Source: Promethearchaeota archaeon (GTDB taxonomy: Archaea > Asgardarchaeota > Lokiarchaeia > Sigyniarchaeales > SOKP01). Taken from it: a DNA stretch of 64,000 nucleotides. The notes under the pieces were generated by a model. The model saw only the letters and a list, made by a program, of their open reading frames with translations. It was not told the origin of the DNA and made no database searches. The stretch lies in NCBI GenBank assembly GCA_016839705.1, contig JAEOTR010000053.1:1-64000 (forward strand). Reading direction: 5' to 3'. Shown here piece by piece: positions 30,422 through 40,908 of the stretch (positions within the stretch are counted from its first letter, which is position 1; every line of letters begins with the position of its first letter). Position numbers and translations under genes: made by a program.

Positions 30422-31858
30422 TCATGATTCTTTTCTTTGCAGTAAAACAAAAAGCAAATCATTTACATTACACCCCGTTGGGCCTGTTACTATCTCAGTT
30501 TCAACAATTTTGAAAAATTTATTCGAATTATTATTTTCAAGATAGGTCTTTAGGTTAATATCTTTTTTATATATTTGATCTAATACGAAATTGTCTATTA
30601 ATGCACCCATCGCTTCGCTATTTCCTTCAATACCATCAAGGTTAGCACCTACAATCAAAAATTCATAAGGGATTTCCTTCTCTTTTACAAAGTCTAAAAA
30701 ACTTAACAACATTTCTTGATTTCTACCCCCAATGCCTTTACCTTTAATTGTCACAGTTAACTCCCCTGTACCAATTAGTGCAAGTTTTCCAGAAGACTTG
30801 TTTTCAATTTTTCCATTAGATTTTTGAGAAATTATCATATACAATGATTTTCCAAATTTTGATGCTTCACCACTTATTTCATTTGAAAAATAGGTTAATT
30901 CAAATCCTTCCTTCTCCAATAAGGAAATGGCTTCTTCTGCGGCAGATTTAACACTGCCTACAATATAGTTATGAACATTATTAAAGCACTCATCATTGAG
31001 CTTAGGGGTTTCTAATTTGTCATCTAGCAATCCTTCTTCTAAATAGTTAATAACAGATATGGGGATCTTATCGTAAATACGATATTTCTTCAGTATTTCT
31101 ATAGCATCATTAAAAGTAGTAGTATCTGGAACAGAAGGTCCAGATGCGATAGAGTCTAGTTTGTCTCCTACAACATCTGAAATAATTATAGAAATTAAGG
31201 TTGCTTTACTTGCATTATATAATTTTTTAGCAAGATTCCCTCCTTTAAAGTCTGATACATGTTTTCGGATAGTGTTAATTTCATGAATAGAGGCACCAGA
31301 TGCTAAGAGAAGAGAGTTAACTATTTGTAAATCTTGAAGACTAATACCCGGTTTTGGTAAAGGCAAAAGAGCAGATCCTCCACCAGAGATTAAACAAATA
31401 ATTAAATCATTTTTGTCAGATGTTTCAACAATCTTCATCATTAATTTTGTTCCCTTCAATCCATTTTTATCTGGAACGGGATGGGCGGCATAATTTAATT
31501 TTATTTTACTTCCCCGATTTTCAGATTTCACTGTACCTTTTGGGATGTTAATTATTCCGTCATAAGCAATGTCTGTATAATTTAGTAAGATTTTCTCAAG
31601 GGATAATGCCATCTCCGCAGTTGCCTTTCCCCCCCCAATAATAAAAATATTTTTATATTTCCTGAGATCATATTGGTCATTATGAATAAGTAATACATTA
31701 TCTTGGATTTTTAATGCTTTTCCAATTAAATTTTGAGGTTTTACAGCGGTAATAGACTTTTCAATAACTTCCATTGCTAATTTTCTTAGAAAGATTTGGT
31801 TTTGGTCTAAATCTTTTCCAAGAAGTCTAATAGCATTTTTTATATACAATAAAAACAC
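30422..31858 (-). CDS. Glycerate 2-kinase (MOFRL family)
   Basis: GGGKA, HPVPD, ISGGGSAL, SDVVGD....IASGP, GGRNQE, TGPTGCNVND. Confidence 0.93.
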   Translation of the reverse strand: MFLLYIKNAIRLLGKDLDQNQIFLRKLAMEVIEKSITAVKPQNLIGKALKIQDNVLLIHNDQYDLRKYKNIFIIGGGKATAEMALSLEKILLNYTDIAYDGIINIPKGTVKSENRGSKIKLNYAAHPVPDKNGLKGTKLMMKIVETSDKNDLIICLISGGGSALLPLPKPGISLQDLQIVNSLLLASGASIHEINTIRKHVSDFKGGNLAKKLYNASKATLISIIISDVVGDKLDSIASGPSVPDTTTFNDAIEILKKYRIYDKIPISVINYLEEGLLDDKLETPKLNDECFNNVHNYIVGSVKSAAEEAISLLEKEGFELTYFSNEISGEASKFGKSLYMIISQKSNGKIENKSSGKLALIGTGELTVTIKGKGIGGRNQEMLLSFLDFVKEKEIPYEFLIVGANLDGIEGNSEAMGALIDNFVLDQIYKKDINLKTYLENNNSNKFFKIVETEIVTGPTGCNVNDLLFVLLQRKES

Positions 31859-32002
31859 AGCAGGTTTCTAATACTTCACTATCCAATATGAAAATACAAT
31901 ATAAAAAAAGCGTTTATTGAGATTTATAATTTTGTGTGATTAAATTTATTACGTATTGGACTATTTACAACTTTAACATGATTCAATATTTTACATCAGA
32001 AA

Positions 32003-33505
32003 ATGGATGAGATTGATATTAAAATGTCTGATATATTATATGATATAGCTATAATCGGGGCGGGACCGGGAGGATACCATGCAGCAATTAGAGCCGCTCA
32101 GTACGGTGCTAAAGTAGCTTTAATTGAGAAAGACAAATTAGGAGGGACATGTTTAAACCTTGGTTGTATCCCTACTAAAGCTTTATACGCATCTGCACAA
32201 TCAATCGAGCGAATTAAAGATTTTGATGATCTTGGAATAGAAATTGAAAATTATAAGCTTAGTTTTAAAAAAGCGGTCGAACGAAAAAATAGAGTTGTAA
32301 AAGACCTAGTAGAAGGAATTGAAGCATTAGAAAAAGCTTGGAAGAATGATATCTTTTACGGACATGGTGAAATACTAGGAGGGAATAGTAGATCTGGGTT
32401 TCATATTCAAATTAAGGGAGAAGAAATTAATACGATTAAGGCAAAAAGGGTAATTTTAGCAACAGGTTCTTCCCCTGCTCTTATCCCTGCTTTTAATATT
32501 GATCATGAGAGAATTTTTACAAGTGATGACATTTTAGATCCGAAATTTACAAGCATACCCGAGAAATTACTTATTATAGGAGCAGGTGTAATTGGTTGTG
32601 AATTTGCATATATATTTGCTTCTTTTGGATGTAAGGTAACAATGATAGAATTCTTAGCATCTCCTTTAGCTACCGAAGAACCTATGATTGTGAAAGAATT
32701 ACTGAAAAAGTTTAAAGAATTAGGAATCGAAATAAAGACATCTCAAAATGTCCTTTCTATAGAAAATACCGGTTCAAGAGTAAAGGTGACTACCACCTCC
32801 GCATCAATCCCCCGAGATCAACTTGAAAATGCAGAAAAAACGGTCTTTGAAGCCGATTATTGTTTAGTTTCAATTGGGAGAGTAAAAGAATCTAAGGATA
32901 TTGGTTTAGAGGAATTAAATATTGAAACAGACCGAGGGACGATAAAATGCGATCATAGTAGTTTAGAAACCACCGTTTCAGGAATTTATGCAATTGGAGA
33001 TGTTACTGGAGGTTTAATGCTAGCTCACGTTGCCTACCATGAAGCAGATGTAGCTGTTGCTAATGCTCTTTCCAGTATAGAAGGCTTTTCTGTAAAAAAA
33101 AATAAAACGGATTATGAAGTGGTTCCTGCAACTATTTTTACATCTCCCAATATCGGTTCCGTTGGATTAAGAAGAAAGGCAGCGAAGGATCGTGGAATAG
33201 ATGTGTTGATGGGGTATTTTCCATATCAATCGCTTGGAAAAGCAAAATGTATGGGAGAAGAAGAAGGCTTCCTCATTACCTTAGCTGAAAAAGAATCACT
33301 TAGAATTATTGGAGCTTCTTGCATAGGAGTTGAAGCTTCTGAAATAATTGCTGAACTTGCCTTAGCAATGAAACATGGTTTGACCATCCATGATATATCA
33401 GAAACTATCCATAGTCATCCTACAATATCAGAAATGGTTCTTGAAGGATGCGAAGCGGTAATTGGAAAAGCAATTCATAAAAAAGGAAGACCTTTGCATC
33501 AATAG
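32003..33505 (+). CDS. lpdA: Dihydrolipoamide dehydrogenase
   Basis: GAGPGGY, GGTCLNLGCIPTK redox disulfide, GAGVIG, HSHPTISE. Confidence 0.93.
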   Translation: MDEIDIKMSDILYDIAIIGAGPGGYHAAIRAAQYGAKVALIEKDKLGGTCLNLGCIPTKALYASAQSIERIKDFDDLGIEIENYKLSFKKAVERKNRVVKDLVEGIEALEKAWKNDIFYGHGEILGGNSRSGFHIQIKGEEINTIKAKRVILATGSSPALIPAFNIDHERIFTSDDILDPKFTSIPEKLLIIGAGVIGCEFAYIFASFGCKVTMIEFLASPLATEEPMIVKELLKKFKELGIEIKTSQNVLSIENTGSRVKVTTTSASIPRDQLENAEKTVFEADYCLVSIGRVKESKDIGLEELNIETDRGTIKCDHSSLETTVSGIYAIGDVTGGLMLAHVAYHEADVAVANALSSIEGFSVKKNKTDYEVVPATIFTSPNIGSVGLRRKAAKDRGIDVLMGYFPYQSLGKAKCMGEEEGFLITLAEKESLRIIGASCIGVEASEIIAELALAMKHGLTIHDISETIHSHPTISEMVLEGCEAVIGKAIHKKGRPLHQ

Positions 33506-33594
33506 ACTATGCAATGATAAAATTACATAAAAAATTTCACTTCAGCATTATAGAAAAATCATCAAGTCTATTTCATAAAATAATAACTATTTTT

Positions 33595-35688
33595 TTACCG
33601 ATTTATATATTTAACCTTGAAGGAATGTAATTTCCCTTTCTTGATAATTATTTCTCTGTATGCTCCAGCTGTTTCTAGATTCTTGTATCCACCTAATCCA
33701 AGGGCAGGTGTCTGAACCACAAAAGGACCGTGTTTTTCTATACTTTCAGCATCAGTATAGAGCTCGGAATAATTATCATAATATACTGCAGCGGGATTTT
33801 CTATTTTCTTCAAGCTAAATGGAGGGGAGTCATAAACTCTGGATTTTGTTTCAGGATCCTCCAATCTAAATTCTCTTTGCATATGTGTATGCCCCGCTAA
33901 TACGAGTGTAGAATAATCCTTACAAAATTTAACAATTTTTTCCCAATTTGATGAAATTGTTCCGTATTTGACGTTAAATGACTTATCTAACCGAGCACTA
34001 GATGTTGGTTGTCCTAATTTTTGAACCAAGGATTCCTTAAATTCTTCTATTTTTTCTTTTAAGAATCTTCTCCCTTTTTTTTCAAAGATGTTAATAGATA
34101 TTTTTTGCTCCCCAGTGTTTATTGGAGGGCCATGTAAAAATAAAAATGTGTTAGTTTTTTCTTTAAATTTATGGTTAATGAGATTTTCTAAATATTTTAT
34201 TTGTTTACTAGCAAGACCAGTTACAGAAGGGTGACCCCTAACTAAATCCCTAATGTTTTTAAAAGAATCCGAACCAGTATTTAAAAAAATAAAATTGTTA
34301 TCACCAAGCGTTAATGAAAAATCAAAAGAAGGGTTGATCTCAGCCAAATATCCCTTTAATGCTGATGTAGATTTTATTATGGCAGTTATTGGAGATGCAG
34401 AAAAAAGTTCATTTAAAGCAAGGGCTTCTGCTGCATTCAGACCTATTTTTTTATACATTTCTCCCCAAGTTAGATCATAATGATATGGTCTATAATCATG
34501 ATTCCCTATAGTAGTAAATATTGGGCAGAGTAATTCTTTTCCCTGTTTTTTTCCCTTAGATTTGATTTGAGTCTTAGATTGAATAATAATATCTTTAAAA
34601 ACCTTCCAATTAGATTCCTCATACTTAAATTGATTCAATTCTCGAGCTTTTTTAGAAAATCTACTTAAAACGGTATAGTCCACGAGATCTCCTGTTAATA
34701 CTATAAAATCTACCTCATTTTTAAAGACTTTTTTGTTCATTAATTTTATGAACTTTCTAAATTGATTATTTGGGTTGATCAATCGCTTTCTTAAAGGAGT
34801 TGTTAAAGCAGATAATGATTCTCCCTGGTTGCTAATATTCCGTTTGATCTTTAATTTTTTAGCAATAGTATTTATAAAATCCTCTACGCCTCTCTTGACC
34901 GAAGACTCTGTCCATTTCTTAACAACATTATAAATTCTATCATTTCTCTCTGCGAGATGTAAATCTGTTGCATGTACAAATTGAAAATTCTTCCATTCTT
35001 GTTTAGAAACTATAATCGAATGATAATTTATTCTCTCTTGAAGCATAACAAGATCAAACATAACGAAATTTCTAACCTCAAGAAAATTTTTTATCTCTTT
35101 ACTAATGTTAAACTTAATAAGAACTCGGTAGAAGGTTTCAAAGCTACCAAAAATTCTATATTTTAAAAGATGCTCCTGCGGACTAGGCTTATCTAAATAA
35201 GAAAGGTCTGAAATTGGAATTGTTGGAACTTCTTCAACATTGACTATAGATATGGGGATTGACTGTCCTCGATAGGGATAACCTCTCAATTTTTTAAATT
35301 GATAGTCAACATCAGAAACTTTAAAATCGTAAAAAGTCTTTTTGTCTTCTGTTTCCTCGTTAATGATTCTTAGTTTCTTCCTTTCTATTTTTTTTTCTTT
35401 TCTTCTGGCCCAAAAACCTTTTTTCTCACTATCTGCACTGTAATCCAACTCTTTTTTCTTAAATGCATTTCTGAATTTCCACGTAAAATCTAATACTGGC
35501 ACCAGTTTTATTTTAGATTTGAGATTTTCATCTAGTTTTTTTGGATCCTTTATACTACTGATAAGAATTATTTCTGTTTGAAATTCTTTTGTTTTTAATT
35601 TGGGGTCAATCTTAAGAAATAGAGGATGTCCTAAATTAGGCTTGACTATGAATGATTTAGCAGTATTTTCTGTAATTTCAGTATTCAA
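33595..35688 (-). CDS. Large calcineurin-like metallophosphoesterase
   Basis: DLH, GDLVD, GNHD, LHGP and GHTH motifs in order, with long inserts. Confidence 0.85.
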   Translation of the reverse strand: MNTEITENTAKSFIVKPNLGHPLFLKIDPKLKTKEFQTEIILISSIKDPKKLDENLKSKIKLVPVLDFTWKFRNAFKKKELDYSADSEKKGFWARRKEKKIERKKLRIINEETEDKKTFYDFKVSDVDYQFKKLRGYPYRGQSIPISIVNVEEVPTIPISDLSYLDKPSPQEHLLKYRIFGSFETFYRVLIKFNISKEIKNFLEVRNFVMFDLVMLQERINYHSIIVSKQEWKNFQFVHATDLHLAERNDRIYNVVKKWTESSVKRGVEDFINTIAKKLKIKRNISNQGESLSALTTPLRKRLINPNNQFRKFIKLMNKKVFKNEVDFIVLTGDLVDYTVLSRFSKKARELNQFKYEESNWKVFKDIIIQSKTQIKSKGKKQGKELLCPIFTTIGNHDYRPYHYDLTWGEMYKKIGLNAAEALALNELFSASPITAIIKSTSALKGYLAEINPSFDFSLTLGDNNFIFLNTGSDSFKNIRDLVRGHPSVTGLASKQIKYLENLINHKFKEKTNTFLFLHGPPINTGEQKISINIFEKKGRRFLKEKIEEFKESLVQKLGQPTSSARLDKSFNVKYGTISSNWEKIVKFCKDYSTLVLAGHTHMQREFRLEDPETKSRVYDSPPFSLKKIENPAAVYYDNYSELYTDAESIEKHGPFVVQTPALGLGGYKNLETAGAYREIIIKKGKLHSFKVKYINR

Positions 35689-35889
35689 TTTATTGACCCT
35701 TGTTTTATTTATTATTCTATAATTAAGAAACCTTATAATCTTCCATAAATATCTAAATAATTTTTCTACAAATAATTCTAATATTTAATCTTAATTAGTC
35801 TTTTATTCTAGAAAGGTTTTAATTGAGTTTTTTTTTAATTCTAGTTATAAAAGTTTATTTTATATTAATTATTTTTTTGAGTTTTTACG

Positions 35890-36153
35890 ATGGAAAGACG
35901 TCCGAACAGACCAATAGACTATTTAAAATCTTCAATTAATAAAGTAATTCTCATAAAAGTTAAACGTAATAGGCTCTTAAGAGGAATATTAGCAGGATTC
36001 GATGAGCATTTAAACCTCTTCTTGGAAGAGGCTAGCCAACTTTTTGAATATCAGGACGAAGAAGGTAACATCCGCGAGGAGCATGAAACATTAGGTAGTA
36101 TCGTTGTTCGTGGCGATAACGTGATATTCGTTAATCTCGCGGAAAGTGACTAG
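35890..36153 (+). CDS. Sm-like archaeal protein (Lsm/SmAP)
   Basis: RPIDYL, G.LAGFDEHLNLFL (Sm1), VVRGDNV (Sm2). Confidence 0.93.
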   Translation: MERRPNRPIDYLKSSINKVILIKVKRNRLLRGILAGFDEHLNLFLEEASQLFEYQDEEGNIREEHETLGSIVVRGDNVIFVNLAESD

Positions 36154-36421
36154 TAATTAATGAAAGATTCTTGCCAGATTTATTATTTACTATTCAAAAT
36201 CAGTTATATAATTTCTAGTGAACAGTTTATAGGAAAATATCGTCTTGATTAATTTGTCTCATCAGACCTAAATAATAATATTGGAATTTCTAGACGGTCT
36301 AAAGATAAAATTGAAATTATCTCTTTCAATTTATTATTATAACAGTAAGGATTCAACTATGTTTTCAAAATAGATAGAATCCTAATATCGATAAAAACTC
36401 ATAAATGGCTCATTGATTGAA

Positions 36422-36577
36422 TTGTCTAGCGGGGAAAATAAAGAACAAGAAATGGTAACTTGTTGTGTTATGAACTGCCAAAAGGAAATACCAATTGAAA
36501 ACGCTATCAAGATCAAAGATAAATATTTCTGTAAATTATGCGGTGTAGCCTATTATAGAAGTAATCTCAACTTATAA
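36422..36577 (+). CDS. 51-aa zinc-finger microprotein (not in ORF track; alternative start ATG 36452)
   Basis: MSSGENKEQEMVTCCVMNCQKEIPIENAIKIKDKYFCKLCGVAYYRSNLNL*; two Cys pairs in treble-clef-like spacing. Confidence 0.65.
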   Translation: MSSGENKEQEMVTCCVMNCQKEIPIENAIKIKDKYFCKLCGVAYYRSNLNL

Positions 36578-36657
36578 TTCTATAATATTTTTACCTATAT
36601 TTTCTTTAAATGACAATATTCTTCAATAATCATAGGGATTAGTCTTTTGATTATCGA

Positions 36658-37614
36658 TTACTGAAATATCTCTATTATAGAGTCATCCCTAATATAATCT
36701 TTTGCATTGTAGTTTTTAATATTACTTATTATCTTATTGTAATCTGATCTAATTTGGTAGATTAAAGAGTGATGTTTATCCCCAAGAATATCATTAATAC
36801 TTCGATTAAAGGTTTTAGAGTGCATCATAGAATGACAATTTGAATATAAACAAACGCATTTTTCATCTATCAATAAATTTGTTATTTTTTTTATGCTATA
36901 TTTTGATATTTTATCCCATTTTATTACAGTATCCTTTTTAGATGGTAATATATGATGAAATCCTAGTGATGGAAGATTATTCTCTATTGTTATTTCTTGA
37001 CAACCAATACATGTACCACCATATAATTTCTCAACAATGTATCTTTTTTTAATCCATTTCTTAATTATATACTTAGCTTTTGATTTGTAATATTTAACTT
37101 GTCTAATCTTAGTTTTTATAAACCAATTATTATTAAGCGATATATCTATGTTTTTTTCAATTTCCTCTGGGTTATTAAGGAATAAGGATGATTGAAGTAT
37201 TAAGTTTTTAAACTGTTTAAAAATGGTTGATTTTATCATGATATGACAATTCTTACATAAAACTACAACATTATCCTTATGCAATAAATCTAAAGTTTTA
37301 TTATAGTTTCTTCCTCTTAAAGATTTCCATGAACATGACTTAGATTTTGGGTTAAGATGATGAAATTCTAAGGAGGGAAGCTTTTCTATACTAACATTAC
37401 AATTAGAACATTTGCTATTATAATTCTCAATAATAACCCTTAGCTTTTTCTTAAAGTTTTTTATCAGATTTAATATATTTCTACATTGATCACAAATTGA
37501 GCGAAGACGCCCCTGTCGTTTACTAAATTCTCTGTGCATTTTGATTTTATGGCATTTTCCACATTCCTTTCTCTTACCATCATTGAATAATTTCTGACGT
37601 GTGTTTTTTTCCAT
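36658..37614 (-). CDS. Tandem Cys-rich HNH-like endonuclease with N-terminal zinc finger
   Basis: CxxC...CxxC N-terminus, then two CxxC...L.FHH...(C/Y)xNCH units. Confidence 0.7.
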   Translation of the reverse strand: MEKNTRQKLFNDGKRKECGKCHKIKMHREFSKRQGRLRSICDQCRNILNLIKNFKKKLRVIIENYNSKCSNCNVSIEKLPSLEFHHLNPKSKSCSWKSLRGRNYNKTLDLLHKDNVVVLCKNCHIMIKSTIFKQFKNLILQSSLFLNNPEEIEKNIDISLNNNWFIKTKIRQVKYYKSKAKYIIKKWIKKRYIVEKLYGGTCIGCQEITIENNLPSLGFHHILPSKKDTVIKWDKISKYSIKKITNLLIDEKCVCLYSNCHSMMHSKTFNRSINDILGDKHHSLIYQIRSDYNKIISNIKNYNAKDYIRDDSIIEIFQ

Positions 37615-37887
37615 ATTAAATTTATTACCTTTTGAAAATTTTGTTATCTTTATTTTTTGAAAAGTAACACTCTTTAGGATTATGTATATTCAAGTTTGAG
37701 ATTCTAAATCTCAAAAAATTATTTAATTTGTAGAGTATACTGGTTTTTCAACGAAATGATATGAAATAGAAATGAAGAAGAGTTATATTTTACCTAAAAT
37801 TTGCTAAATATATTATTATTAAGGAAATATTCGATTTTCCAAAAAATTTTCAAGAAATATCACTATTTAAGAATAATATATATAATA

Positions 37888-37962
37888 AGGCTCGTGGCCT
37901 AGTATGGATAGGGCGGCAGCCTCCTAAGCTGAAGATCGGGGGTTCAATTCCCCCCGAGCCTG
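37888..37962 (+). tRNA. tRNA-Arg (anticodon CCT), intronless, CCA not encoded
   Basis: Acceptor AGGCTCG/CGAGCCT, D-arm GCCT..GGGC, anticodon loop CT-CCT-AA, T-arm GGGGG-TTCAATT-CCCCC. Confidence 0.95.
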
Positions 37963-37966
37963 TTTA

Positions 37967-38734
37967 TTACTCTTTCAAAGGTTTAAAACTTTTCATCCAG
38001 GGGAAATTATCTCCCCAACTTTCAAACACATGCCCAAATCCTTCTTTTCTAAGAGCTTCCTCAGTAGTTCTTAGAAACCTCTGTTGAACTCTGTAATCAG
38101 CAGTATCTAAAATTTCCATTAGATTAGTCACAATTTCTTCCGCGGGTATAGGAAATTTGGTAAGAGGGAGCGATTTAAGTTCCCATTTGAGATATTTATA
38201 GTATGGTCTTAATCTACCATGATGTATAGCAAAAATTACATTCAGGAACGCTGGTATAGAAAAAGCTGCTTCTAAACGGGCGGCTTCAATATTTCCATTG
38301 CGAATACATTTTAAAGAACGATAAAGATAATTGATATATGCATCTAATGATCCCGCTATGAATTTAGAAAGATGGTTTTCAGGTATCTTTCCCTTTTCAT
38401 TTATTAATTCCTGTATTTTACCGTTTTTATCAATTAAAGCTGTTAAATGAGAGAAACTATATCGATCAAAAGCTTCAGCACTGCCCCAGTGAGCATAATT
38501 CTTAAATTCAGGAAAAGAAAATACAATTAGATCTACGCCGTTGTATTTTCGAAAAGGATATCTTTCTTTATACTCTGAAACTACATTATCTTTTACAATA
38601 ATATATGTATCGTAATCTGAATATTTAGTTTGAAAACCTTTACCTCTTGAGCCTCCTAAAAAAAATCCGATTATATTTGGATCTGTTTTAGCTTCCTCAT
38701 ATATTTTTTCATAGACTTCTGATGGTGTATCCAT
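37967..38734 (-). CDS. Pol-beta-type nucleotidyltransferase domain protein
   Basis: GGSRGKG....SDYD signature plus helical C-terminal domain. Confidence 0.8.
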   Translation of the reverse strand: MDTPSEVYEKIYEEAKTDPNIIGFFLGGSRGKGFQTKYSDYDTYIIVKDNVVSEYKERYPFRKYNGVDLIVFSFPEFKNYAHWGSAEAFDRYSFSHLTALIDKNGKIQELINEKGKIPENHLSKFIAGSLDAYINYLYRSLKCIRNGNIEAARLEAAFSIPAFLNVIFAIHHGRLRPYYKYLKWELKSLPLTKFPIPAEEIVTNLMEILDTADYRVQQRFLRTTEEALRKEGFGHVFESWGDNFPWMKSFKPLKE

Positions 38735-38862
38735 TAAATAAACATTTTCTATTTTATTTATTGTTAGTAGACTAGAATTAGAAAAGCTTTATTACCCTTT
38801 TTAAAAATAGAAAATGTATAAATAATAGTCAATCATAAACAAATAATGCTAAAAATATAGAG

Positions 38863-40602
38863 GTGAAAAATTTGCCAAGAAAAATATTAAGAGTAAATAT
38901 GACTAATCTTGAGGCTAAATTCGAAGATTTACCGCAGGATTTTGCTGCTTTAGGTGGTCGGGGTATGACCTCAACTATTGTTTCAAAAGAAGTACCTCCA
39001 ACCTGTCATCCATTGCGAATTCATAATAAACTAGTAATCGCACCGGGAATTGTAACAGGTACTAGAGCTCCAACATCGGGTCGTCTCTCTTTAGGTGGAA
39101 AGTCTCCATTGACAGGAGGTATTAAAGAGGCTAATGCTGGAACAAGTTTTGCCCAAATGTTAGGAAGAATGCGTATTGGGGCAGTGATAATTGAAGGGAA
39201 ACATGAAGGGGATGATTACTTTACTTTAAAAGTTACTAATGATAATGCTGAATTTCAAGATGCCAATAAATGGGTAGGGAAGGGCTTGTATGATACTTAT
39301 AAAGCACTTTATAAAGAACATGGAGATAAAGTAGGAATTTGTGGTGTTGGGATCTCAGCAGAAGTGCTTGGAGCAATGTCGGGAGTTTGTTTCAATGATC
39401 CCGAAGGTTTACCAAGTAGGTATGCTGGAAGAGGTGGTCTTGGTGCGGTAATGGCATCCAAAGGGTTAAAATTCATAATAGTTGATGAGACTGGTGCTCC
39501 TGGCGTTGAAATAGCGAATAAGGAAATCTTTAGCCAAGGGATTAAAAAACTAAGTAATGCCCTCGGAGAACATCCAGTCACACAACCGAAAGGAGGACTT
39601 AATTCTTATGGTACTAGTGTCTTAGTTAATATTATAAACGAAGCTGGTGGGTTACCGCAAAGAAATTTTTCAAGTGGTCAAGATGAAAGAGCAGAACAAA
39701 TATCTGGTGAGGTTAAAGCAGAAGAGATTAAGAAAAGAGGAGGTGTTCGACCTCATTTCTGTAGCCCCGGTTGTGTTATTCAATGTTCCGAAGTATGGAC
39801 AAAACCAGGAGGTAAAGATCCTGTTGGAGTTTTAGAGTATGAATCAGTATGGGCTTTAGGTGCTAATTGTGGGATTTATGACTTAGATGTTATTGGTGAA
39901 TTAAATCGAGCATGCAATGATTTAGGTTGTGATACAATCGAAGCAGGTGACACAATTGCAGTAGCCATGGAAGGAGGTCTTGCAAAATTTGGAGATGGAA
40001 AAGGAGCCTTAAAATTAATGGATGAAATTCGCAAGAAAACACCTACAGGAAGATTTTTATCTCAAGGGACTGAGATTACAGGTAAAGTATTAGGTGTAAC
40101 AAGAATTCCAACTGTTAAAGGGCAAGGATTACCCGCATATGATCCACGTGCTATTAAGGGAATCGGAGTAACTTACGCAACTACACCAATGGGAGCAGAT
40201 CATACGGCAGGGTATGCAATAACTACGGAAATTATGGGTGTCGGAGGCAAAGTAGATCCAAGGGATCCTAAAAAAGCGGAGATTTCTCGTAATTTACAAA
40301 TAGCTACAGCAGCAGTTGATGCTTCAGGTTATTGTTTATTTGTAGCTTTTGCGGTTTTAGATATACCAGAAGGACTAGTAGGTATTGTAGAGTCATTAAA
40401 CGGTGTATTAGGAGCAAATTTGACTGTTGATGATGTCGGTGTTATTGGAAAACAAATCCTAGATATCGAATTAGACTTTAATAAAAGAGCAGGATTCACA
40501 GCAACTGATGATAGACTTCCAGAATTCTTTATGGAAGAAAAGCTTCCTCCTTTCGATGGAGTTTTTGATGTTACAGATGACGATTTAGATAGTGTGTTTT
40601 AG
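38863..40602 (+). CDS. aor: Aldehyde:ferredoxin oxidoreductase (second, divergent paralog)
   Basis: KSPLTGGIKEANAG, AGRGGLGAVMASKGLK, CxxGCxxxC, EYE, YDPR. Confidence 0.93.
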   Translation: MKNLPRKILRVNMTNLEAKFEDLPQDFAALGGRGMTSTIVSKEVPPTCHPLRIHNKLVIAPGIVTGTRAPTSGRLSLGGKSPLTGGIKEANAGTSFAQMLGRMRIGAVIIEGKHEGDDYFTLKVTNDNAEFQDANKWVGKGLYDTYKALYKEHGDKVGICGVGISAEVLGAMSGVCFNDPEGLPSRYAGRGGLGAVMASKGLKFIIVDETGAPGVEIANKEIFSQGIKKLSNALGEHPVTQPKGGLNSYGTSVLVNIINEAGGLPQRNFSSGQDERAEQISGEVKAEEIKKRGGVRPHFCSPGCVIQCSEVWTKPGGKDPVGVLEYESVWALGANCGIYDLDVIGELNRACNDLGCDTIEAGDTIAVAMEGGLAKFGDGKGALKLMDEIRKKTPTGRFLSQGTEITGKVLGVTRIPTVKGQGLPAYDPRAIKGIGVTYATTPMGADHTAGYAITTEIMGVGGKVDPRDPKKAEISRNLQIATAAVDASGYCLFVAFAVLDIPEGLVGIVESLNGVLGANLTVDDVGVIGKQILDIELDFNKRAGFTATDDRLPEFFMEEKLPPFDGVFDVTDDDLDSVF

Positions 40603-40620
40603 TTTTTTAACCCAATAAAA

Positions 40621-40908
40621 ATGCCAATTCGTATAAAACTTTTCGGAGATCTAAGGAAAAAAGTTCAACCAGATATTAAAGGAAGTATGCCATTAAAATT
40701 TGACATTGAAGAAAATAGCATTGACAGAGTTTCTGATATATTGGAAAAATATAACATTGAAGAAAATGAGATTATTCATATCTTTGTGAATGGGAGATAT
40801 TCAGGGCTTACCAAAAAGGTGAAAAATGGAGATATCGTAGCTATTTTTCCAATAAATATGTCTGTTTTATATAAATGGTATTTTAACAGAGAAGAAGATG
40901 AAGAATAA
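40621..40908 (+). CDS. MoaD/ThiS-like beta-grasp protein lacking C-terminal GG
   Basis: IKLFGDLR, IFVNG, GDIVAIFP, then an aromatic/acidic tail. Confidence 0.75.
   Translation: MPIRIKLFGDLRKKVQPDIKGSMPLKFDIEENSIDRVSDILEKYNIEENEIIHIFVNGRYSGLTKKVKNGDIVAIFPINMSVLYKWYFNREEDEE

Noticed and set aside
37963-38734. Integrated element at tRNA-Arg
   Set aside because: No integrase and no duplicated tRNA 3' end noticed in the window.
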